The notes beneath the pieces were generated by a model. It saw only the letters and a list, made by a program, of their open reading frames with translations, did not search any database and was not told the origin of the DNA. Positions 23,405 to 35,400 of a stretch of 64,000 nt of DNA are shown one piece after another. Origin of the DNA: Pocillopora damicornis (lineage: Eukaryota); assembly GCF_003704095.1 (NCBI RefSeq), contig NW_020845410.1:1116001-1180000 (forward strand), in the 5' to 3' direction. The position numbers and the translations under genes were made by a program. Numbering within the stretch: position 1 is the first letter of the stretch; each line of letters opens with the position of its first letter.

Positions 23405-26400
23405 TTATGACAGGAGTTGGTCAAGCTTCCAGTTCGTTGCTATTTTAAAGGGAGGAGGTTTTGGTCTTTGCAGTTCATCTGCAGGTAGAAATAACGGTAG
23501 TGATTTTTAAAATGATCCAAGATTGTTTTAGGCTTTTTTTTAGGGACAGATCCAAATATTTTGAAGATTCTACTTCGCTTGAAACCATTTGTTTATCAGC
23601 GCCCGTGCTTGGTGCCGTTCTTACATTCCCGGGGTAAGTGAAAATTTTCCGCGCTTCACGCAATAGTAAATTGTGTATTTTGGCACAAAGCAAATTCAGG
23701 CCATCTTCAGGATTTCTAGTATTTAAAATTGTTTAAAATGTTTAAAATTAAACATGTACCATCGCAAACGAAATAAAAAGGCAAACACTGATGAGTACCT
23801 CTTGGCTTATTTAACGTCGTATTCTGATCACTTCTCATCGCTGCAATGATGCTGTTAACAGTAGCTCCTGGACCTGTGATCTGGAAAAAGGCGAATTAAA
23901 ATTAATGAAACCCAACTCTATCGTGAAGGCCACGTAATACAAAATGGTTGAAAAAGAACCGAGCTCTGTACTTCTGCAAGTCTCGAAGATCGTTTGGAGA
24001 TAATAAGTTGTTGCTTGAAGATGAACGATTGTCCTCCGATTGCTATCGGAAGCGGAGGGTAGACTTTAAATTACGAAATGACGTGGTTGGGAGAGTAAAT
24101 CACTTTAAAAAGACTCACTGACGTTTTGTAACGAGAAAGGTACAAACTGAACAAATCTGAGTCGTCATTAGGAGCCGAACACATGCCTTCGCCATCCGCT
24201 TCTCTACCACTAAGCTACTGAGAAATCGATAGAGAGTTGGGTAATTTTACATTCGGCTTAACGTACCTGGGAAACTTGACTTGAATTGGTGGAGCTTTCC
24301 TCTGGGGGCCAGATAACGCCGATCGATGATTCTATCATTGAGATTAGCTTTTCAAAGTTGGTTTGAAGGACGGCAGCTTGTCCCGCATGATCAAACAAAA
24401 CCAACATCTTGAGCAAGGATGCCATGTCGTCTGCAAATGAAGTAATCGGAAATAACGTTGCATGCACCACGATACTCTAGTTATAACTGACACTTTACTG
24501 CACATGCGTACTTCAGCCTTGTGTCTATGCTTGCGTCTTTACGACCAGACTCAAATGAATCAGTGGTTCAGCCCCTAAATCTTCTTTCCGCGCCCTTTAT
24601 GGGCCTGCCTTGATTTATCCAATATATAGGGCGCTAATACATGAACTGGACTCGCATACCTGTGGTCTTGTGAACTGTTTGAATAATGTCAGAAAGTGCT
24701 TCCATCAAGGCTAAATCCTCAAATCTACTTCCCTCTTTCAAGCTGTACATCTTTCGTGCAGTTTTTCTTCGATTTTTGGAGGATCGCCTGTCAAAAATAA
24801 ATTTTAATTACAGACCTTACTTAGCCGCAAAGAAGTTTAGGAAAGATGTGACTTAAGTTTAAAATAGGACTTTTGTCTACCCGGTTGATCTTGACCCCCG
24901 GGAACTGGTGCTAGAGGCATACTCCGAGTTATCGCCTACGCTGCTCGTGTCGGAGAACAGGTCCGTATCATCTCGCGCCAGTCCACTCTCTGTAAAGGAA
25001 GACACCGGCGAAAAAATTTCGAAGATGATTGGAAAAAAGGAAATTATTGGCTGACTTAAAGGTTCAGGCAAATGAACCAGCATGGACCAAAGCAACCAAA
25101 AAAGTTACCTAAAAATGTCGTGTTATACCTTGATATTCTACACTTTGTTGTTCTTTCAGTTCTCTGACAACTTTCAGTCGCTTGGTGTATTTATTGAACA
25201 ATTCCTCCTGTTCTTGTATGGAACTCAAGTGGTGGTTATGGGCTGAGATTAAAAAAATTAAATTAAAAAAAACCGACCTTTATTCTTGAAGCTTCCTATT
25301 CTTGCAAGGAAAACAAGTTCAAGTGAGCCTTGCAAATATTTTCGGTTAAACTTTGTTAAAGAGATGACGACTCCTTCAACTCTTGAAATGACGTTTGTTT
25401 GTTTGTTTTTCTTTTATATATCTTTCGGATGAAAAAAATCCCGCGAATCCTCTTCAATGATGACTCCGCAGATGATCAAAAATTCCCGTTTTGCGAAGAT
25501 AAGTAGTAGTTAAATTACTATTACAAACCTTCTTCCAACGCGCCTTTCAAATGTGTTTCCACAATATCTGTCCGATCATGTTTATGCATCTATAAGGGAC
25601 ATAAACACGAACCCTGTAAACGGCGACGCTATTCAAAATTAGCCCTAAGTTAACTTAAACCGCTTCCATCCCCCATCGAGTTTAAAGGGCTTGCGTCCCT
25701 AGATAAGTCACACGAAAGGAGACGAACTGTTCCGTCGAGTTTTAAGCAAAACTGTTATGTCGCTTTTTTCCTCTGGAAATTCGCTCTCTCTACTGAAGGC
25801 ACGTAAGTCTGAAAGGAAAAATAATCCTGCCCCAGTCTTACACGCTCACTCACTCATTCGCTCCAGGCTTCCTCTGTCCCGCTAGTGCTAGCGAGACCAT
25901 CGACTTGACTAGTGAAAGCGTGCTTCAAAAAAATTCTTACAGAGACTTGATAATACGCTTGAGTTCCCGTGATAGTACAGGAGGGACACCGTCCTAAAAC
26001 TCTCTAACTCACCAATCTCAGAGCTTCTTCCCACTGCATTCCGTCGATAAGAACAGCAATGGCTTCCTCAGGATCCTACGAAACCAAACAAAAAAGCACA
26101 AGGACATAAATCCAAACCAAGAAACAGCAGGTCTTCAAAATTTGAAAAGAATGAAAATGTAACAATAGAGAAGGAATTCAAATGAAAAACCATAAATCTA
26201 AGGCATAGTGTAAAAGAGTTTAGAAATTGTCATTAGCTGGTGCGGGGATAAACGCACTAACCCTGAGTGATGATATATCAATCACTCATAACTAGACTCT
26301 TGTGTTCTCTGCAGTTCTTTACCTTTGCATATTCTTCCAAGACTCTGGAGGCTTCAAGGGAACGCTTATGTCCTTTCAGATAACCTACAGTTTTGCAAAC

Positions 26401-29400
26401 GAACACATTAATCCTGACCAACAGATGTTTCAAGAACAAGAGAGTTCTATCAAAGAGGTGAGTAGCTCACCTGCAACTGTTCTGGCCAATGATACCACTT
26501 GTTCACCGGTGTGCTGCAACAGAGAAGCCATACAAAACACTTGTCTCCAGTTTCCGCTCTTCTGGAATGATGATAGAGCTTGCTCGTGAGCTCCACAACT
26601 GGTAAATACTGCAAAAAGGAAAGTGAATACTTGAGGCTGGTAAGGCTAGTAAGTGCTAAATTCATTGTGGTTATACCTGAAGGGTTTGGTAGAAGCAGAT
26701 TTATAACAACCACATATAGGTAATAATGCAAATTTATCCTCTTCTAAATTTGAAACGTTAAATAACATACCTAGTCCGGCTTCCTCGTGTCTTTTCTGTT
26801 GAACAAGGTACTCGCCATATGCAACCAATAAAGCCTGTAAATAACGCAGTTATTTCAAAATTAACCCGAGACAGACAAGCTAATCTTCAACGTCTTTGAT
26901 GGGTAGCCTGAGTGGGCTTATGGCTAAGTCAGGTGGATACACACTCTGGTCCAATCCATTCGTAAATGGACACAGTCATTAAATCATTAGAAAGGAAAAA
27001 TAGCAGAACGAACATGAAAATCTTCAATCGCATAATTATCGACTCACCCGGTGCTCCTGGCTGGATTTCCCATAAAGCTTAAGCGCGTCCTTGAATAGAC
27101 AGTTCTCTTTCACAAGNNNNNNNNNNNNNNNNNNNNNNNNNNNNNNNNNNNNNNNNNNNNNNNNNNNNNNNNNNNNNNNNNNNNNNNNNNNNNNNNNNNN
27201 NNNNNNNNNNNNNNNNCAAAACGGCATGATTTTAACAAAAGTCGATTTTATCCGCAAAACTGAAGAAAAAAATGGATCAAAGTGGAAAAACTGTAGGACT
27301 TAACGAGAAAACGTTTCTTACACTCCGGAGTCTCCTACATTGTACCAAGAAAGAAGAAATTTCATGGACTCGATTCACGTTTATCAAAAGATAGAACCCA
27401 GGATTCTAGTTCAAGGCGAGAAAGCAAATATTACTACCTGTAGGAGCTTGAAACAAACGAACAAACAAACCTTTTAAATCTTTGATGATCATCAAAACTT
27501 TCTCTAACTCTGGATCATTCTTCTTCACATACGTGGTTAGGATGGACAGAAGATATCTACAAATAAATTAGGCAGAATTAAGGCGTTCACATACATACGC
27601 ACTGTTCTCTGATAGAGAGCCAGGAACGAGCTAATTCCTCTCCAGTCGCCTCTCTGTTGGAAATGCACGGGAATAGTTCCCTTCGTGCTCTTCGTTGCGT
27701 GCTGATGAATGACTCGTTTCCATATCGCTTGCACTTTCAGACACCACAGATAAGTTAAAACTGGGAACTAGTCAGTAGCGAAACCTCAGAAAACTAATGC
27801 TACTCACTTAAAATATACTCAAACCAGTAATTATGACTTACTTGTTATGGCCAACAGCTTCCAAGGCAACGCGCACAGCATCACAAACTCGATCAACTTT
27901 ACTTAACTCATCACCTGGAGACGCAACAGGGCTGTTGAAAGAAGAACCGTCTTAAAATACTGCGACGCAACAAGCGCTCGTTATTAGTGCTCCTGCACGA
28001 ACTTTTCTCTGCCCGTGGGAAGTATGAGACCTTGAACAATACGAGTCGGCGACAGCTCTGAAAGGAGTCTAACCAAACCTCTACCCAACTCGTCTCCAAT
28101 CTTCCCACGTGCAGGGAAACACGCGTCTTGCCGCGCTTATAGTGAGAGCTCCTTTCAAACAATCTAAAAAGACGCCAGTGCGCCAGCAAAAGGTGTTTTA
28201 ACAACAGGTTGGTGATAAATCAAAGCAAAGAAGACGAAAAGTTGCTATTACCATGGCAACCAACAAAGCGGTCAAACGACTGTGCTTGTGAGAACGTGAG
28301 TGCCAGAGGCAAGTATGGAGAATATACATATTGATGTTAGGGTGGAAAGTGTTGAAAACATATTAAATAAACACGTACGTCTGTTTTGATTCAGAATAAT
28401 AATCAGAATACATCGTGGTAGTCACGTCTTCCTCTCTGCCAGAGAAAAAAAAAATCAAGAAATTAAAAAACACCCGATCGTAAACTTTTTGACACTTTTA
28501 AATTGGAAATCGAAATTCAGAAAACCACATACTTAAGATCCGTGAGGAATAGGTTGATAAAATTTACCGATTCCACATGACTCACAAATTTATCCAAATT
28601 TTCCAAGAAAAGCTGCGAAAGACAGAATTTCAGTATATATTTTATTATAAATAAATAAACAAATAAAAAAAACCAAAAATGCTCGCTCACATGACCGATT
28701 CCCCAGCCCCGGTCTTGAGTGCAAGAAACTTGTACCACTAATTTGGTTTCATTCAGCCATAAAAAAGTGATACTCACCTTGGGATTGTGGTCATGTATCA
28801 AATTAAGATTGATCCGATGACGGCGCATGACGGTAAAGGCCTCTCCATAGCTGAGACTGAAATACCAAAGGTACATTGATCAACATAACCACGCCCAATT
28901 CTAGATCAGAGTAGTCTATTTAAGGCGCTATTGTCCGAAGTTAGACTCTAGTATCTGATTTTAGACACTAGAATCTGATTTTAGACACTATGTCCGATTT
29001 TAGACACTAGCGTCTGCTTTTAGACACTTGCGTCTGATTTTAAACACTAGTGCCCGATTCTAGACACTGTTGTTCAATTTTAAACACTGTTCTCCACTTT
29101 TAGACGCTGGCGTATGATTTTAGACTGTGGTGACCGACTCTAGACACTATTGTCCAATTTTAGACTCTGTTCCCCACTTTTAGACGTTAGCGTGTGATTT
29201 TAGACAGTAGTGACTAATTTTAGACACTACTGTCCAATTTTAGACACTTTTCTCCACTCTTAAACAGTAGCGTCTGGTTTTAGACGGCATTGACGGATTT
29301 TAGACTCTATAGTGTCCTATTTTAGACACTAGAGTTTCGATTTTAGACAACAATGTCCCATTTTAGACACTGGAGTCTGCTTTTGGTCGCCAGTGTCTTA

Positions 29401-32400
29401 AATCCAATTATTCGGAGACTGGTGCCCGTTTTTAAAACACCAACGTCCGATTTTAGACACTAGTTACCTGGTTTCAAGTCTCGTCAAAAATCCAGTCTTA
29501 TCACCAGGCCTACTCACCTGTCTAAACATTTCTTTAAGTACGACAAAACTAGTGATCGAGGATGAATAGTCTCTATATTTCCACGAGGCATCTACGAGGA
29601 TAATCAGACAAAGATAACACTTCAGTTGTATACATTAGCCGCATAAGGAAAACTTAACCGTGTTTCTTTAGAAAGAAGCGACTAGGAAAACTTAATTCTT
29701 TCTGGATGGTGTGCGAGACCATCGCTTGTGAATCCACCCAGCAATTAGCGAGTATTTCCTGGCAGTTTGGCGGAGAGAGCATTGTGAGAGTTCAGAGTCT
29801 TACGTAAGAACACAACTCAGATGACCCCGTCATGGCCTCTCGGACCCAGACTTCTCGATTCAGAGTTCAACACGGTAACCTAAACGCCATCGCGTTTTCC
29901 GTAACTTGTTAAGAAAAGGAGGCTTGAATGTAAAAGAATTCCACTGTGGAAAAATTAAGTCTTTTAAAAGTATTCCTGCTCTCGTACCTGCAAAATAACT
30001 TTCGTATCTTGAGTAACAGCGACCACTATCCGTGAACCTCTCTCGACGCGTCTTATGTTTTCATCCAAAGGATGCGGTTTATCTTCAATCAAAACTGGCA
30101 AACCTACGACATCAAGGAGTAGTCTGAAGTAAGCTTTCGCTGAGATCAGACAAGTTTGTGGCGCTGAAGGTGATGGATTCTTAACCGCACTAACTCAGAG
30201 TTCGGATATGGAAAAATGTCACCTTAATTTTGCAAGTGCTTTATTTCTAAGAATTCGTGTCGATCTTAGTGATGAAAATAAGTTTCTAATCAAAAGGTCT
30301 GGAACCTACCTCGCGTGGTTGGTAAAAGACTTATACAACGCAACGTGTGCGCATGCGTTGTTAGAAGAAGAAATTCATCATGAACAGCGAAGGAAGAGCA
30401 GTTTGAAGCCACCTATAATGTAAAATTCAAATTATGTTCCGCTGTCAGCTGTGGTATTTGGCACTACGATAAAAACATCAAAATACAGAATCGTACCTCT
30501 TTGTTATTCGCATATAACCTTGAGTGTTCAGTCAATCCCAGAACGACTTCCTGTAAATTAAAAAAAAAAAGATTTCTTCGTTACGGCACAATGGCTTCGG
30601 GGAAAGTTTTCATGAGTCCAGATCAAAATGTCAGGGTTTAACTTTTGCCTGAGGTTGACGAATTTTGTATTTGACATTTAATTCTCGATTGGGAAACAAT
30701 CAAAGTTCATCTGCCTTCACGGGTGTTTTTTTTTTATCTTGTTCCAGGAATTAATCCGCCATAGAAACTGGATATGACATCGCTGTTTTATTCATTTGAC
30801 GAAGGTCCTTAAGTAAAATTGGGGCTTGAGGCTTTAGGAAGGGTGGGGAGGGAAGGGGGGGGGGGGGAGATTAATTCCTCACTGTGATACTATGACTGCA
30901 CGTCTTTTCTGTCCGAAAGAAACTGCATCAAAAATGTCTAAACTACAGAAGGTGAGGAGACTCGGGTCAACTTTGACCACTGAACAAAATTATATTTGAG
31001 TTACAAACCTCATCTCCCACTAAGGCTGTTTTTACACACTGGCATGGTTGAGGGAGAGAGATTTCAAGTCCTCGACTGTTAAACCATGGTGATAATTTAG
31101 CCTGGCTTGAATCTGAAAACAAAATAAATATGTCACGTCAGATTTAGGAGACTTTTGAATAAGGACTCAACTCGCCTTTCAAGTTAGATACCTGAAGTGT
31201 AACTGAGTAAGTTTCCATTGATGAGCTCCACTAATACAGACTCAGTGTGACGACGGGCACAAAGACGAAGGACTGGCGTGTCGGTTTCAGTGGTGCGCCT
31301 GAGAAGAAAAGAGAAGAAATTGGGAGTAATAAAGCTTAGTGAAACCTTTACATCCTCCGTATTCTCTCTACTGTTCTCTAAACATTTCTAAGGTGCTGAT
31401 AAGGAGAATTTGTTCAACAATAAAGAGCTTCTCTACATGGTGATCATTTCCTTTACTCTCGTGGCCTTAAAGTTTGATTCAGCAGTGATATTGTAAATTC
31501 TCCCCTCTAGCTTCTACACATTTCCTTGAAATTTTGCTGTGAGAATTTAGATGCTAGTCACTCTTGTGAGTAAAAGGGTTCATAGTGACTTGCATTCTCA
31601 AGTATGCTGGTTATGTAGACCTCTGTTTATTTGGATTTCTTAACAAATAAATTGTTAACAAACGAAAGGTAACGGAGAGTGTTTTGAAAAATCGAGGGTG
31701 CTCGCAAATCATGTAAAATAAAAAAAAAATCTCAAGAGTTTACCAGAATTTTACTCAGTTGATAGGAACAACTAGACACCCACCCATCATTGAGTTTAGA
31801 ATCAATGACTTCTGCTGATATAACTTTGCATGTTATGTGGGTATATTGCCTGGCTTACAATCTACTATAATGAAACCCTGTTAATGGCAGACTGGCTGTG
31901 ATTCACAAAGGAAATAGAAATAAGTAAGACTGTATCACTGTGAATACACATAAGTTCAACTCTTACCTGATAGCAATGCTATTAGCCCCATCTTCTGCAG
32001 AGATCTCTAATTCACAAACAATGTCTTTCTGACTCATGGTATCCCATCCAACTGCGATAAGGGTGCAGTCCTTCCACCAAATCATCTGCCGCCAACACAA
32101 GGCTCCTGTCCATACTGTTGGAAAGTCTTTGGTGTCTATACTGTTATGTACAAGAAACACATAATAAAGAATGAGTAAATAAGCAAGAAGCTTGTGTGCA
32201 AACATCAGTTAGAACTCCAAGCTACTCAAAGTTTCCATTCCACATCCTAAAATTACAAAATGGTTGCCTGGGTCTAGGATCGTCTTGTCTTCAAACCCTA
32301 AAACTTGGTTCTAAAAATGCAACAACATATCACATGGAGGTAAAACACAGGTATCCAAGTTGGTGACTAAGTTGCCAAAATTGTTTTTAAGTCCCCATGG

Positions 32401-35400
32401 GTACCAAAATGGTTGTAGCTTGGAAGAGAACACAAGTAAACAATTTAAATGCATCTTTTCATTATCTGTCAATTTCTGTACCAAGAGAAAGCATTTTGTA
32501 ATGAGAAAAATAACAACACTGTGTTACCTGTAAATGCCAACAAGTTTTGGGGCTTTGCCAGGTGCCCTGAACACTTCTTTTACGCCATTTTCTGTCAATA
32601 ATTTGAAGACTGCCATCTTACCATTGGACATCATAACTACCATATCACTACAGTGTGTGGGCGGAGCAAAGCTGATGGTGGACGCTGGGGATGGCAGGTC
32701 CAGGGCATAGGCAGACATTGGAGGGGGAACCACCATGTGTTTCATTGGAGTCAGCAACAACTTAGCTACAAATAAGATAAGGAATATCTGAACTAAACCT
32801 GGCTTTAGGGTTATTCTCCATACTGTTCTCTATACATTTCCTAGGATGCTGGCAAGGAGAATTTGTTCAACAATCAATAGGTTTTTAAGTTGGTGGTCAT
32901 TCCCTTTAGCCTCCTGACCTTGACATTTAATTTATGGGTGACATCATAAGGAGGACTCAGATGCTAGTTATTTTTAGTGGAGCAAAGGGTAAAAATACAC
33001 ATGGCTGAATTCATAAATGGCCATGCATATTTACGCAAACCAAAACTTGACAATAACTTGCCACACCTATGTACATCTACATGTATGAACATAAAGGATC
33101 AATATCAGTATTTGGGCAACTGCCCACCTACCCCTCCCCTAACCCAACATTAACCTTAAGTTGTTGTCAATTGACTTTTGTTGAGTCAGGGGAGGGGTAG
33201 GTGGGCAGTTGCCCAGATACTGATATTGATCCGACATAAATGTGGGAACAAGGAAAATGTGGAAAACTTACTCATGAACTACTTACTTATGAACGAGATC
33301 TATTTTACACAGGGAACAGAGAATAATTTTAAATCAAAATTCCCAAACAATTAAAACACTTTCAAAAAGCTATAACTGTATTACAGACTATACCTCCATC
33401 AATGACTGCTACAGTGGACATGTTTTGTTCACTAGCCCCTTCACTATGAACTGTATTCCAACACCACTCATAACTCAAGTACTGGCCTCCTGTGCAAGGA
33501 AATTATTTTAAAATGCATTTGTTGAGCTCAGTGTCACCAGACCAAGACCACTAACTCATCTCAATTTTGGACAACTGGCACATGTAAGATCATATATATT
33601 TGCTTAATAATGACATTTATCTTGCAACCAATGTGCTACAATTTGCATGTGTTCATTCTTACCTCTCGTCATGATGTGCATTCTTAGGGCAGCCTCTGGG
33701 TCCCATAAAAGACAGGCCACTCTATGTTTAGCAGATGCTGGGAATTCCATCTGCTGCTTCAGATACCAGTGATAATTATTCACTGTCCACAACTGAACTG
33801 CAAGTCACAAGGTAAAACATTAATATGTTAGTGTTATCTTAGCATAGTATTAGTAAAAGAACAACTAGAGAACCATATCTAACAACATTGTTACTTGGAA
33901 AAGATGAGAGTGAGAGTGATTCCTACCACTTTAGTTTTACATCTAAATAAAAATGACACTCGTCTAATAAACCTTTTGATCCCCAAGAGTGACCAGCATC
34001 TAAATTCTCCTTGCAATATGACCCCTGAATCACGAGAATAAAGGACATGATCACCAAGGTCTCTGTTGTCGAACAAATTCTCCGTGTCAACATCTTAAGC
34101 AATGTATAGAGTACAGTGGGGAGAATATTTATAACGATGTTGGGGTTTACAGGGTTTATAAATGAAGAAAACAAACCATAAGACTTTGGTACAAATTCTT
34201 CTATCTGTTCTGTGCTTGGTAACTCTTCAGACCAGACAGCTAGTACTGATGAGTCATTATTCCATGCTATTTCCAATACCTTGTACAAGACATTATTACA
34301 ACATACAAAATGTTAATATTTACCGAGCAGCCACTCTTTTGGGAAGTGGCACGTTGCAACCACACAATGACAACTATCAATGACAGTCTACTACAGCCCC
34401 CCCCCCCCCCAAAAAAAAACAAAAACAAAAAAAAGAAAGAAAGAAAGAAAGGCAACATGTTTAAGGCCACACACATCTGCTCTGATATTGTTATGCCCAT
34501 GAGCTTTTTATAGCTATTATCATTTATGATCATAAAAGCCAGAGATTACAGCCTCAATGAGGTTTTTATTCAACTTAAACAAAACCATATTGTGCCAAAT
34601 CAGCCATAAAATATTGTTACAGCATGTTTAATGCTTTAACCTTGTGGTGACCAGTTTCTCTTTACAATATCACCCCTGAATCACATATTGAGGTAACAAG
34701 AATAAAAGAAATGATCACCAGCAAAGGAAGTTCTGATGTGATTGTTATACAAATTCTCCTTTTTCACCTCATGTATGGAGAGCAGTATGGAGATTATGCA
34801 TACTGATGTTACGGTGTAAACCATTAACTGCTATTTACCTGAACTTCCATCTTGCCAAAAGGAAGCACAAATTCTCCATGTCTGAGGCCATTTCTCTCAA
34901 AGAAAATCACTTCATGTCTATGAGGCTTGCGCTGGGTTGAAGCTATTAAGCTGCCTGATGGTCTAAAAAGGTAATTAATTTAATAATAATAATAAGTTCT
35001 TATATAGCGCATTAAAATTGAACTCTATGCGCTTGCCCTGAACTTGAATATAATAATCATGGTTTAGATTATAAAAACAAATGTTTAAAAAAAAGGAAAA
35101 AAGTAAAGGCAATTAAATAAAAACTGTATAAAAAAATAGAAAAAAAATAGAGGCAAATGAGCTTGAGGGAAAGCAACAAAACTTTGCTGATGACTTTCAT
35201 GAACCTACCTCCAAAATAATGCCTGTTCCAATCCATCAACATTTTCACTTGTAGAGCTAAGTACACCTTCCCTATTCCACACTCTCAATTTCCTTGCACC
35301 TATCATCAAACATACAATCATTTTCATGTGTGACTTATGGTACATACATTTGGACGCTGAATAAAATTGTGAAAAAAATTAATTGACATGACTGGAGTCA

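Noticed and set aside
24150-24240. tRNA gene
   Set aside because: A-box present, but the B-box is degenerate and no acceptor or anticodon stems form; treated as a SINE remnant.
28898-29465. CRISPR-like regularly spaced repeats
   Set aside because: Eukaryotic intron, units abut with no unique spacers, and no cas genes; it is a minisatellite.
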